From a virus: 64,000 nt of DNA. The DNA is taken from the IMG/VR virus record IMGVR_UViG_3300042923_000619, positions 132,136 through 196,135 of that record; one strand, written 5' to 3'. Positions 20,771 to 32,619 of this stretch are shown one piece after another. Position numbers and translations under genes: made by a program. The notes beneath the pieces were generated by a model, which was given only the letters and a program-made list of their open reading frames with translations, was not told the DNA's origin and ran no database searches. Each line of letters starts with the position of its first letter. The first letter of the stretch is position 1.

Positions 20771-23663
20771 GTGAAAATAATGGATAATGTAATGAAAGCA
20801 ATTATTGAGAGAAGAACAGGTCATGCAGATATATGGGAATGTACTTTGGATGAATTTATTGAGAAAGCCTTTTCAGAAGTAATTAAACAACAAAAGGAAA
20901 ATGATTTAACACATAAAATTGTTAAACTTGCGACTTCCTTCCTCAGAATTAAGTTTGAACAAAAAGAGTTAAAAGGCACAATAGAATATGAAGTTGCAAA
21001 GGCAATAGAAGAGTCAATGATGTATTATACAAATGTGTTAGGTGAAGATGATTAATTATTAGAAAGGAAGGTGAAATTTTTATGTTAACACAAGAACAAT
21101 TTAATAAAATAGAATCAGAGCATGGTTGTGGATATTGGAATTTATGTTGGGAACATGCATGTCCTTGTGCAATAACTACAGAAAATAAAGGATTAACTGA
21201 ATCTATCTACAATAGTTTTATTGAAGAAAATAAAAGAATAGCAGAAGAATATGATGCCTTTGATTATGATGAAATGGTACATTATGAAAGATGTAGAGAA
21301 TGTGGAAATTTACAAGAAGAAAATGATTTGATAAATGGATTATGTTACTCTTGTTATGATGATTTAAGAGAAGAAATGGAAGAAGAATATGATTAATTTA
21401 AAAACAATAGGAGGATAATTATGAGTAGAGGAATTAATTGGTTTAAAGATATTAAAATAGAAGAAGAAGTTATAGACTTTGGGCTAGGAAAGGAAATTAA
21501 TTATAGTATAGAATATTTAGATGGAAATAGTACGTCTTTTAGTGAAGGTAATATAGCTAAATATCAAGATGCTTTTAGAAAATATGGAAATGTAACGATT
21601 CCTTATATAGAATATGAATATTATTCAAAACCAACACATGTTATAGAAAGATTTATTGAACCCAAAGTATTATCAGAAGTTTGTAGTAAAATCTTATCTG
21701 ATTGTATATTAGATAAATATGACATAAAAAGCAGAATAGAATGGTTTAAAGAAATGTCCGATAAAGGATATTATTTTAGCTTTGATAATTGGTAAAATAT
21801 TGCTTTAAAAGACGTGTTTTATTGGAAATAATTATCAATTAGAATAAGGAGGAAATGATATGACTGAATTAGATATAGAAAAATTAAAACAAGAAATACA
21901 AGAACTAGTAAAAGATTGGTGTAAAAAATACGATAGAACTTATGAAGAAGCATTAGATATGGTAAGTACAATGTATATTCCAAGGAAAAATAAATAAATT
22001 AACACAAATATAGACAAGTAATGAGAAAAGTTGTAAGATATGATTAAGGAGGTAAAATTTATGAAAGAGTTATGCGATATGACATTACAGGAAAGACGAG
22101 AATATATTGAAAAGAAAGCATTAAGTATTACATATGGAAAAGTAAATGATAAATTAAAACAAGTATTAAAGGAGTTGAAAGGTTATGAAAGTAAAATGTA
22201 TTAATAATAAAAATAATTCATTATGTATATCTGTTGGGAAAGAATATCCAGTTATCGAGGAAAGAGAAGATTTATATTTTATTTTCAATGATTATAATAT
22301 AAATGGAGTGTTTAGAAAAGAACTATTTGAAAGAGTGGATAATGATGAGAAATGATATCCAACTTATAATAAATAGGAGGTAAAATTACTATGAGATGTA
22401 AAAAATGTAATCATACTATAAAAAACGGAGAGAATTATATAATATTAAAAGATGGAGACATATTATGTGAAGATTGTTTCCTTGAATATTCATTAGAACA
22501 ATTTGATGCAATAATAAAACAAAATTCAGAAACTTGTAAATAAGTTATAATTATATTGTTAATTAGAGGTGATTATTTGTATATAGATGATAAAAATAAA
22601 TCTGATATTGAACAATTAGAAAAGAAGAAAATAGATTTAACAAATAAATTAATCAAATCCATTGAAGAACAAGATAAATTATTTCATAAAGACAAAACAG
22701 TAATGAAAGATATTAATAAATGTATTAAAAGGTATGGGAATCCAAGAACTATAGAATCGGAATTAAAGAACCTAGATAGAATTTTATATGATTTAAAAAA
22801 GATAGAAAGGAAGTAATAATATGTTAAAAAGAATTATTCATCAATTTAAAATAGGATTTATAAAAACTGTAGTATTGTTTATACTTGCTTTATTGTTTTC
22901 AGTATCAATGTATTATTTAGCGTTATTCAGTGTAAAATTATACATAGTTGCAATAGTAGTAATTATTCTAATTTGTTGTTATTTTAATGGTGAAAGTTTA
23001 TAAATTACTGATTTTAAGTGAAAGTTATGCTTGAAAAACGTAGCTAGAGTGAGTATAGGGGAGAATGAGGGAGTTTAAACACAGAAAAAATAAATTAATA
23101 TAAGAAAGGTGATTAAAAGTGATAGATAAAAATATAAATTATAAGGATTTAGCTGACTATGTAGAGTTGGCAATTGAAGAATACGAATTTCATAATAATA
23201 AACAAATTGATAATCGTAGTTTTTATGATTTAACTGATTGGTTATATCACTTTCATTATTGTGATGCAAATAGTAGAGATATTAAAGAAAGAAGGGCGAA
23301 AAAATGATAAAGAAGCTAATATTAAAATACAAGTTATACAGGAAGGGCTACAAATGGTTTAAAGTTGATAAAGACATAATTAATAAGTACAGATATACAA
23401 CTAAAAAGAATAGAGATTTAGATGACTATATAATTCATTTAAAACTACTTAGGTCAGTTTATTCTGGACATATAGACTTTATAAGAGATGATGATATGAT
23501 GGTTATTGCATATGGATACTTAAAAATAATCGTGGATTTAGAAAAAAACAAAATTATAGAAATACATAATAGTGTAACAGAAAATAATAATGGTCATATA
23601 GATTTTAAAACAAAAGATGCTATTACCAAAATATATGAAAGTGTATATGGAGGTGAAATTTAA
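20771..23663 (+). other. Small hypothetical ORFs (20771-21055, 21082-21396, 21421-21795, 22556-22816, 22821-23003 membrane, 23119-23307, 23304-23663)
   Basis: ORF track with RBS. Confidence 0.65.
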
Positions 23664-24436
23664 TGGATAAACGGACAAGATTAAATAGAATTGGAGAAGT
23701 AAGTTATAATAATTGTGGTAGTAAGATGGAAATAATAGAATATATAGATGCTAATCATATTGTTGTAAAATTTAGTAATGAATATAAAGTAAAAGCATCA
23801 TATAAAAGATTTCAAGATGGTGAAATATCTAATCCTTATGATAAAACTGTGTGTGGAATTGGATATTTAGGAGAAGGAGACTTTGTAACTGGGAAAGGTA
23901 ACTTACATACAAAAATGTATGAAACATGGAGAGATATGATAAGACGAAGTTATGATATAAATACAAAAGAAAAATATTCTACATATAAAAATGTTACCTG
24001 TTGCAAAGAATGGCATAATTTTCAGAATTTTGGAAAATGGTTTAATGAGAATTATTATACAGTTGATAATCAAAAAATAGATTTAGATAAAGACATTTTG
24101 CATAAAGGTAATAAACTTTACTCTCCTGAAACTTGTATTTTTGTTCCACACAATATAAACTCATTATTTATCAAAAGTAATAAAAACAGAGGAGATTTAC
24201 CTATAGGAGTAACTAAAGATAGAAATAAGTACATGGCTAGATGTAGTTGTATAGATGAATTTGGAAATAATATTAGAAAAACAGTTGGACGAGCATCTAC
24301 TCCAAAAAAAGCATTTGAATTATATAAAGATTTTAAAGAAGCATATATAAAACAAGTTGCTGATGAATATAAGGATAAAATACCAGAAAAACTATATAAT
24401 GCTATGTATAATTGGGAAGTAGAAATTGAGGATTAA
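23663..24436 (+). CDS. Phage HNH-type (homing) endonuclease with AP2-like C-terminal domain
   Basis: YETWRDMIRR, CKEWHNFQNF, LDKDIL.KGNK.YSPETC.FVP..IN, LPIGV. Confidence 0.75.
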   Translation: MDKRTRLNRIGEVSYNNCGSKMEIIEYIDANHIVVKFSNEYKVKASYKRFQDGEISNPYDKTVCGIGYLGEGDFVTGKGNLHTKMYETWRDMIRRSYDINTKEKYSTYKNVTCCKEWHNFQNFGKWFNENYYTVDNQKIDLDKDILHKGNKLYSPETCIFVPHNINSLFIKSNKNRGDLPIGVTKDRNKYMARCSCIDEFGNNIRKTVGRASTPKKAFELYKDFKEAYIKQVADEYKDKIPEKLYNAMYNWEVEIED

Positions 24437-24454
24437 AAGAAAGGTGTGTATTAA

Positions 24455-25033
24455 ATGAATAAGTATAAGTTATATATTTTGGTAGGGAAGTCAGGAAGTG
24501 GAAAATCAACAATAGAAAGAAAAATAAGTGAACTAGAAGTAGCAAATAGAGTTATATCAAGTACAACTCGTAATCCAAGGTCGAATGAAGAATATGGACA
24601 AGATTATTATTTCATGACGGAAGAAGCATTTCAAGATAAATTAAATCAAGGATTATTTGCAGAACATAGTGAATACACAACAGTAAATGGTATGGCTCAG
24701 TATGGTATGCAATTAAAGGATATAAGATTAAATGAAGGAAACTATATTTGTGTAGTTAATCCTGATGGAATGAATCAAGTATTAAATAACTTAGGTGAAG
24801 AAAATTGTGTGACTATATATGTTGAAAGAGATGATAGAGAAAGAGTATGTAGTACCCTTATGCGAGATAAAAGTAAAGACTTTGGTAAAGTTTTAGAGGA
24901 AGCTACTAGAAGATATAAAGCAGATGAAATTGATTTTGCTAAAATGAAAGAAATTTGTAACTATGTTGTAGTTAATGAAGTATTAGATAATGCAGTAAAC
25001 AGGGTTCTTGATATTATAGAATGTAACTTATAG
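24455..25033 (+). CDS. gmk: Guanylate kinase-like nucleotide kinase
   Basis: GKSGSGKST P-loop, STTRNPR..E.YG.DYYF, E...Y.....YG. Confidence 0.85.
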   Translation: MNKYKLYILVGKSGSGKSTIERKISELEVANRVISSTTRNPRSNEEYGQDYYFMTEEAFQDKLNQGLFAEHSEYTTVNGMAQYGMQLKDIRLNEGNYICVVNPDGMNQVLNNLGEENCVTIYVERDDRERVCSTLMRDKSKDFGKVLEEATRRYKADEIDFAKMKEICNYVVVNEVLDNAVNRVLDIIECNL

Positions 25034-25751
25034 GAGGAATAATACAAATGAAGTTTACAATGTACCAAGTTATTAGTTTTCTTAATAAGATAGAGAATTC
25101 TGATAGAAAATTTAAAAGAGTAAATGATGAAAAGTTCAAATTGTTTAAGGGAATATATGGTGACTTAATGATAGAACTTAATGGAACTTATCGACCATGT
25201 CCTATTTTTCTATATATGCAAGATGAATGGATTTTAGAGGAATAAGACTAATGCAAGCAATAATATTTTCTGTAGGTGTGCCAATGGTTCTGTTCCTAAT
25301 AGTACACTTTACAGAAAAGCATAAATAAATTAATCAATAATAAGAATAAATTTAAAGGAGAAATGAAAGAAATGAATAAAGAATTTAAAGATGGATTAAG
25401 AAGTGCAATTGTAGTAGGTTTACAAAGTTTTAAATCAATTATTGAGGTATTAAGAGCTGACTATGAAAGATATAAAACAAAAGGTGAGGGATTTAATTTA
25501 GCTACATATAGAGGTAAAGTTTTATTGTTAGATATTGAAGATATAAATGAGGATATTAGTGCGTTTGAATTTGTAAAAAGACAAATAGACCAAATAAATG
25601 AATCTGAGGATGGTGAGTAAGTTATGAGAGATATAAAATCAATAAGTTTTGAAAGTATGATTGAACATTATAAATGGTTACAAGAGCAATATCAATCTCA
25701 AGATGGAGTTAAAGAAGTTGGTTGTTACTGTGGCGATGATGGAAGAATATA

Positions 25752-26015
25752 TTGTTCATACATAAATGTGAGAGAATAAAAATGAAAGCAATAGCATATT
25801 TAGGTTTAGAAAGCACTACACCAATTGAAGTAGAAGTCACGGAAGAAGATATTAAAAGAGGTTATGGGTTTGTTCCTTGTTTTGAATGTGAAGGCACAGG
25901 AATATGGGATTTTTACCCTAGTGGTTATTTTGATTATGATAAAGAAATTCCAACAGGAAAAGAATTTCAATGTATAAATTGTAAAGGTACTGGAAAAGTA
26001 TTAATAAATTGTTAA
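25752..26015 (+). CDS. DnaJ-type CxxCxGxG zinc-finger protein
   Basis: CFECEGTG and CINCKGTG. Confidence 0.6.
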   Translation: MFIHKCERIKMKAIAYLGLESTTPIEVEVTEEDIKRGYGFVPCFECEGTGIWDFYPSGYFDYDKEIPTGKEFQCINCKGTGKVLINC

Positions 26016-26030
26016 AGGAGAGATTTAAAA

Positions 26031-26420
26031 ATGGAAGTAAGTGACCAAATAATAAAGGTATTAGATGAAATAGGTAAAAGGTTTGGATTAGCAATAGACT
26101 GGACTCAAGCTAACATAATTCCATATGTTCAGCAGTTAGGACAAAGAATTGTAAATTATGAATTATGGACAAGTGTAGTATGGGTAGTTTTAAGTTTAGT
26201 CTTTATAATTGTTTCTGTAAAACTTTTTAAGAAATTTAGAAAAAACATAAAAAGCGAAGATGAATATACTTGGTTTATTGGAATACTAGAATGTATTTTT
26301 AGTATTGTGGGGATTATTGTTTTTGGAATTGTTATTACTGTACAAGTATTTGATATTGTAACATGCTTAACTCTACCAGAGAAGGTAATATTTGAATTTG
26401 TAAAACAATACATAAATTAA
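26031..26420 (+). CDS. Membrane protein (two TM helices)
   Basis: Two long hydrophobic segments. Confidence 0.65.
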   Translation: MEVSDQIIKVLDEIGKRFGLAIDWTQANIIPYVQQLGQRIVNYELWTSVVWVVLSLVFIIVSVKLFKKFRKNIKSEDEYTWFIGILECIFSIVGIIVFGIVITVQVFDIVTCLTLPEKVIFEFVKQYIN

Positions 26421-26758
26421 AAGTAGATAAAAAGTTAATTTTAACAAGAGTTAAATAAATTAATAAAAAAAATAAAATTGAAAGAAGGAATTGAAAATGA
26501 AAAACAACAAAATATTAAAATGTCCACTTGGAGGAGATGAAACAAATAACTGCGAGAGTTGTAGCTATTCAGGAGAATATAGTTTCTTTGGTGGTCAATG
26601 TATAGTAAGAGAAAAGGCTGAATATTTGAACGAGAAGATAAAAGAACACAATGAAGGGAAATGCAATTGTGATTTAAGATATGAAGGAAAAGGATTCTGT
26701 CTAGCTGGAGAATACTTAGAAGGTTGTAGAACTTTAAATGATGTATTGGAGGATATAG

Positions 26759-27577
26759 ATGTTGAATAATATACAACAAATTAAAGAAAACTCAATACAT
26801 AATTTAGATGCAATAACACTACTAGAACAGACATATGAGGAATTTGGAGATGAAAGTGTAAATATGTTTTTAATTGATTTCCCTTATACATTCAAAGGTA
26901 AACAAAGAGTTACTGCTAATCAATGGGACTTGCCTGTGGATATTGAAAGATTCTTTGAATTAGCTTCAAAATGCTTAACTAAAGATGGTTGTATAGCTTT
27001 AACTGCAACTCAACCTTTTGCATCATATTTAATAATGAAATGTATGGAAATGAATTGTAATCCTAAGTATAAAGACATTGAATTAGTTAATTTTAAATAT
27101 GATTGGATTTGGGAAAAAGATAACGGTAGTAATTTTGTACATACTAAGCATCAACCAATGAAAGTACATGAAGCAGTATTAATATTTGGAAAAGCTCCAA
27201 CTACATATAATAAAAAAGATGAATATATGCTATATAATCCACAATACACATATTCTAAACCTTATACAATTAAACGTGATATGTCAGATGTAACTAATTT
27301 AGAAGGATTTAAAGGCAGAACTGATACAGATAATCAAGATGGCAAAAGATGTCCTAGAACTGTTCAAAAGGTTAATTTAGAACGTGGCTTACACCCTACT
27401 CAAAAACCGACTGAATTATTTGAGTATATAATTAAAACATATACAAATGAAAATGATTTAGTTGTTGATTTATGTGCAGGAAGTGGAACAACAAAAGTTG
27501 CTTGTATAAATACAAATAGAAAATACATAGTTAATGATATTGAAGAAAAATATTATAATATAATGCTAAATAGATAA
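26759..27577 (+). CDS. Orphan adenine/N4-cytosine DNA methyltransferase (beta class)
   Basis: FLIDFPY (motif IV variant), HPTQKP, VVDLCAGSGTT (motif I); no restriction gene nearby. Confidence 0.85.
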   Translation: MLNNIQQIKENSIHNLDAITLLEQTYEEFGDESVNMFLIDFPYTFKGKQRVTANQWDLPVDIERFFELASKCLTKDGCIALTATQPFASYLIMKCMEMNCNPKYKDIELVNFKYDWIWEKDNGSNFVHTKHQPMKVHEAVLIFGKAPTTYNKKDEYMLYNPQYTYSKPYTIKRDMSDVTNLEGFKGRTDTDNQDGKRCPRTVQKVNLERGLHPTQKPTELFEYIIKTYTNENDLVVDLCAGSGTTKVACINTNRKYIVNDIEEKYYNIMLNR

Positions 27578-27585
27578 TAAATTAA

Positions 27586-27654
27586 ATTATTTCCTAAAAT
27601 TAAGTTTTAAAGTTAGTAATATAAAAATACAAACATCTTATTCTGGGAAATAAT
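27586..27654. repeat. 69-bp element with 14-bp terminal inverted repeats, copy 1
   Basis: ATTATTTCCTAAAA ... TTCTGGGAAATAAT (2 mismatches); homologous to 42752-42820. Confidence 0.7.
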
Positions 27655-27727
27655 GTATAATATTACTATAAAAGGTTGATTTTATAAGAACATAATAAAT
27701 TAAGATAAATAGAAAGATGGTGATATA

Positions 27728-28336
27728 TTGAATGATGAAAATTTAAACAGTGTTGTCATTGCAAGAATGATAAACAGACCACATAAATCTATACTTGGTA
27801 AAATAAAGAATTCTATGTCTAAACTGAATAATGTCGATATAGAAGATTATTTTATAAAACATACATATAAAGATAGAAAAAATGAAACTCGTCCATGTTT
27901 TTTAGTAACATTAAAAGGTATAAAATATTTCATAGATGATTCACGAAAACAATTAAATTTAATTTCTTTGATAGAATGGTATAATGAAAAAAATGTAAAA
28001 ACTGAAACTATAATATTACAAAATAGACCAGAAATCATGTTTTTAGATAAGTTAGAAGAAACACTATCTCCTATGAACATAATGGGAGAGAGACAATATA
28101 TATCATTGAAATATAGAATAGATTATTACATAAAAGATTTAAATATAGCTATTGAATATGATGAAGGTGACCATGAACAATATACATATGAGCAACAAGA
28201 ATTAAGACAAGCATTAATTGAAAAAGAGTTAAGATGCAGGTTTATTAGAGTAAGTGATAAGAACTCTGATGAGTATAACATAGGGTTAGTATTTAAAGAA
28301 TTATTTCAAATAGCTTGCCAATACATAATAAATTAA
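27728..28336 (+). CDS. Rha-family phage regulatory domain fused to a DUF559/Vsr-like nuclease domain
   Basis: SVVIARMINRPHKSIL...YF.K.TYKD.KNE.RPCFLVT.KG (Rha); YRIDYY....IAIEYDEGDH (DUF559). Confidence 0.75.
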   Translation: MNDENLNSVVIARMINRPHKSILGKIKNSMSKLNNVDIEDYFIKHTYKDRKNETRPCFLVTLKGIKYFIDDSRKQLNLISLIEWYNEKNVKTETIILQNRPEIMFLDKLEETLSPMNIMGERQYISLKYRIDYYIKDLNIAIEYDEGDHEQYTYEQQELRQALIEKELRCRFIRVSDKNSDEYNIGLVFKELFQIACQYIIN

Positions 28337-29125
28337 TATAAATATTCTTTTAAAATATGGATTTGAAAGGAAGATTAATAAATTAATCCAAAAGAGGTGA
28401 GAAAATGTTTAAAAGATTAAAGAAAATAATATTATTACATAAGCAAGAGCGTATCTTAAATGATATTAAAGATTGTAATGAGTTCAATCTAGCAAGGATT
28501 AAATGTTATCATACTGATGATTTTACAGAGTTTAATAAAAAATATCCTGAAGACTCATGTGCTTTAGCAAGATGTTGTCCAAATGAAGAATATTTGAAGA
28601 AAATGAAAATAGATGATGAAATAATTAGAATCAATAAGTTGCTATATGAAGATACAGTTAGGATGTATGAAGAATATGAAAAAAGAAAAAGCAAAGAAGA
28701 TTTAGTAAAAAGAGTAAAATTTATTGAAGACGAATTAAAAGATATTAAGAAAAGAATACATTAAATATGTTATTTTATGGTAAATATAAGGAGGAATTAA
28801 AAATGGAATTAACTATTGAACAAAAACTTGACTTGATTAATTCTATGGAGATTTGGGACAGATTTCATGATGGAACTGAATGGGAATTTATTTCAGTCGA
28901 AGACAACAAAATAAATAGAGATATTTTGCACCAAATAGGTGTTACAAATGACTTTATAGAAAATAACGGATTGGTGCAATTTGATCAGATTGATATAAAA
29001 GACATTGGTTTTCAATATGCAAATCACTACAGCCCTAATGATGGTGGATTTTGGAATTACTAAGATGTAACAAAGTATATAAAATAAATGTTTCATTGGA
29101 ACTTTAGAAAGGAGAATAAATTAAT

Positions 29126-29602
29126 ATGATTAGAAAAGGATTAGTATTTATACTAACAGATAAAGTTGAAGACACATATAATTACATAATATCTAAAACC
29201 CCTAAAGATACAATAACTCAAGCAAGAAATATGCTTGGTCAAAAAGTAATATTATTAAATGACTATAGAATTACAATACTTGATAATATAACGCTTATAG
29301 CAAGAGGACATAAACCAGAATTATCTTATATAATTGGAAATATAGAAACACCTAAGTTTGGAGATGTAGATTTTCTAAAATATATATCAAATATATCTAC
29401 AAGAAAAGAGAAAATAAGAAAAATTGATTCTTTAGAAAAGTTAGATGTTAAAGAATTTTTAGATGATAAATATGCTGAAGAAATTTATTGTGAAGAAAGA
29501 AAACTGAAAAGATGGGATGATATAATGAATCCTAAAGAAGATGATATAGAAAAATTTAAAAGAGAGTATGAATGTACTTGGGTAGAGAAGGAGTGTGATT
29601 GA
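29126..29602 (+). CDS. Hypothetical protein, duplicated at 63689; weak resemblance to terminase ATPase C-terminal half
   Basis: First 312 bp match 63689-64000 with 2 mismatches; IARGHK and KFKREYECTW motifs. Confidence 0.7.
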   Translation: MIRKGLVFILTDKVEDTYNYIISKTPKDTITQARNMLGQKVILLNDYRITILDNITLIARGHKPELSYIIGNIETPKFGDVDFLKYISNISTRKEKIRKIDSLEKLDVKEFLDDKYAEEIYCEERKLKRWDDIMNPKEDDIEKFKREYECTWVEKECD

Positions 29603-29993
29603 TTATGTCTAATGAATTTAAAACAATAGAATTTGATTGTAAATTTAAAATGCAAGTTAAAATTGATGATAATATGACTAACGAAGAAATTGTAAATCAG
29701 ATTCAAAATAACTTTGAAATGGTTATGGAATATGGTTCAAGTTCATGTGATGAATCAGATGAGTATTCAGCTTATATGGTACTTGATGATATTAAAAATA
29801 TTAAATCATTAAAAGAATAATAACAAACATCAAAGTTTCTAGCAGAGAATATTTTGTTAGAAACTTTTTGCATTATAGAAATAAATTAATTAATAATAGC
29901 TTGACTTTTGAAGTTGGAAAGATTATACTTAAAGTAAGCTAGAAATGAATGACATATACATAAATTTTGGATATAATTAAATAATGAAATGGA

Positions 29994-30800
29994 GTGGATA
30001 GAATGGCTAAAGCAAAAACTAAGAAAGTGGCATTGACTTTTGAACAAGAACAACAAGAAAGTATAAAAAGAGATTTGGATAGATTGCAAGAAGATTATGA
30101 GTGTGTTCCAGAACCTACTTATAAATATAATATAGGTGATAAAGTAGAAATAGGAAATTTGGAAGATTGTATAATAGATGGAATAGTTGATGATAGTAAG
30201 TTTTATATATTAGATTATACAAAGGTTGATACTAATTATGGAAATCCTATTAGAAACGAACATAGTAAAGGTGTTTGGATATGGACATCATTGAGAAAAC
30301 CAAACAATAATGAAAATTCATTTGTAAAAAACAATGATATAAAAATAACTTATATGCAAAGAACAATTTCATCATTGTTTATTCATGCTTATCATTTTGG
30401 GTTTGAGTTTGAACCAGTATATCAAAGAGGCTTAGTTTGGGACTTAGAAGATAAAGTTGCTCTAATTGATAGTATATTTAATAATGTTGATATTGGAAAA
30501 TTTACTTTTATTAAACCAAAAAGTATTATGGATAAGAATGAAGTGTTAGATGGTAAGCAAGGATTAACTACCTTATTGGAATATTATGAGGATAGGTTTG
30601 AATATAAGGGATATAAGTTTAGTGATTTATCAATTAAAGATAAGAATCATATAACTGGATATACCGTATCATGGGGAGAAACTGAAAACTTAACTGAAGA
30701 ACAAAAATTGAGATATTTTATTAAGTTGAATACTACAGGAAAACCAATGGACGAAAAACATATTGAAAAAGTTAAAAAGATGCTAGAAGAGTGTAAATAA
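29994..30800 (+). CDS. DUF262 (GmrSD/ParB-like) domain protein
   Basis: YQRGLVW....K.ALIDSIF....IG.F, EVLDGKQGLTTL (canonical Arg replaced by Gly). Confidence 0.75.
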   Translation: MDRMAKAKTKKVALTFEQEQQESIKRDLDRLQEDYECVPEPTYKYNIGDKVEIGNLEDCIIDGIVDDSKFYILDYTKVDTNYGNPIRNEHSKGVWIWTSLRKPNNNENSFVKNNDIKITYMQRTISSLFIHAYHFGFEFEPVYQRGLVWDLEDKVALIDSIFNNVDIGKFTFIKPKSIMDKNEVLDGKQGLTTLLEYYEDRFEYKGYKFSDLSIKDKNHITGYTVSWGETENLTEEQKLRYFIKLNTTGKPMDEKHIEKVKKMLEECK

Positions 30801-32551
30801 GACTATAAAAACTATATTTGATTGGAATTTTTAGGAGGTGTATTATGAAATATTTTAAACTAACAAGTGAGATGACTTATGAAGAAAATTTATATAAAGA
30901 AGGTCAAGAATTTAGAATAGTGGATAATGAAGTAATTGATGATAATGGTGAATGGTTATTTGATAGTGATAGTTTAATAGCTTCACAATATGGGATTACA
31001 ATAGAAAAATAGGAGGAATTAAGATGGATAGAGAAGAAATAATTAATAGAATAATGGCAATAGGCAAAAATGAAGGTTTAGGGATACAATTTTGTGGAGA
31101 TGAAGTATCTATAGATTTTAGTTTAAATAGTTATCAACCAATGTTTAAATTTGATATTCAGATTTGTTATAGTAGTATTAAATCAAGACAATGTTTTTAT
31201 TTAAACGTACCAGCTTATAACTTATATGAAAAAGAATTAGAAGAGTATATTAAAGACATAAATAAAGCAAATACAATGATTTTTCATTTAAACTGTTTGA
31301 TTAAAGATTTATTATAAAATCTATCTTTCAATTGAAGTGAGGTGAAATGAATGTTAGAGTGCATATTTTATGGTGCTAATAATAAAAAGTTTAAGAAGAT
31401 GAAAGACGGAGATTATTTTGTATGGAATACAGTAGATACTATTTGTAATTTGTCAAAAGAAAATTTTCTAAAAAGATTTAAAAGTCTTTCAGTGGAAGAT
31501 TATGATAGTTTTAAAGTTGAGATAAAAAGAGTCAAATAGTAGAATGGTTAAAACAATAATTTTAACATGAAAGAGAGTGATAAATATGAATTATAATATG
31601 AATATAGAAGAGTTAATTGATGGATTTCTAAAAGAAGACATAGTTCTTTATTGTCCAACTAAAGAGTCTTTTGAAAAAGCTACAAATGAATTGAAATCTA
31701 AAAATATACAAATAGCAGATATATGTTTAAAATACAATTGGGACAAATATAAAGATAATACATGTATGATTTATATGTCAAACGATAAGGATTATTTTAT
31801 TGAGGACGTTAGAATGTTTAAATCTGAAGCAACATTAAATTTTGATAAGTATATTAGTGGTGTAAATATTTCTGAGGATAATATAACCCAATTAAAACCT
31901 TTAATAGATAAAGTATTTGAAAAGGTAGATAACCTAACTGGTGGTAAAATGTTTTCTAGTCCATTTAATAAAGATGAAGACATTATAGAACTAGAATCTT
32001 TGCACAATCAAATAGAAAAGCTATTGTCGAAGAATGTATAAAAGAGCCATTTTATGGTAATATTAGGGTTTAAGAATGGCATGAATAGGGACTTTAGGAG
32101 GTGAGTTTTGATGAAAATGTATGAAAAAGTTTTAGAAACACTTAATAAGGAATTTTATGATGATAATTATGATAATTTCTGTAAAGAATGTGGTGTTAAA
32201 TGCAATACTGACGATGATTGTAAAGCAAATTGTTATAATTATACTTTATGTACACTACTTGAACAATTACAAAGAGAAGCTATGAACGTTGATGGTAAAT
32301 TCAATGATTATGATTAATAAACAAAATAAATTATAATACAGTAAATTGAAGAATTTAACTGAAAGGAAGAGTAGAATGAATAAATGGATTAAAATAGCAT
32401 TTTTATCTATAATATCTATGACAATTGCTAAATTGTTTGAAAATTATTTTGTAGTTGTATTTGTATTAGGTTTAATTTATGGAGGCATTTCAACATATGA
32501 AATAGAAGATAAGAGTTTATTTAAATTTAAGTAAACAAATTAATAAAACAA

Positions 32552-32580
32552 TTGACAACAAACCTAACAAGTAGTAATAT
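32552..32580 (+). promoter_or_regulatory. sigmaA promoter of uvsE, flanked by two AACAAATTAAT motifs
   Basis: TTGACA-17bp-TAATAT; motifs at 32534-32544 and 32592-32602. Confidence 0.75.
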
Positions 32581-32619
32581 TATCATATAATAACAAATTA
32601 ATAGGAAGAAGGTTATAAT

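Larger units (their letters stand above)
1393..21837. promoter_or_regulatory. Five Fur-box-like 7-1-7 palindromes
   Basis: 1393 TGAAAAT-A-ATTATCA, 1989 TGATAGT-T-ATTATCA, 10858 TGAAAAT-T-ATTATCA, 18007 TGATATT-G-ATTTTCA, 21823 TGGAAAT-A-ATTATCA versus consensus TGATAAT-N-ATTATCA. Confidence 0.6.
28405..32534 (+). other. Hypothetical ORF cluster (28405, 28767, 29599, 30818, 31024, 31351, 31577, 32108, 32346 starts)
   Basis: ORF track. Confidence 0.6.
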
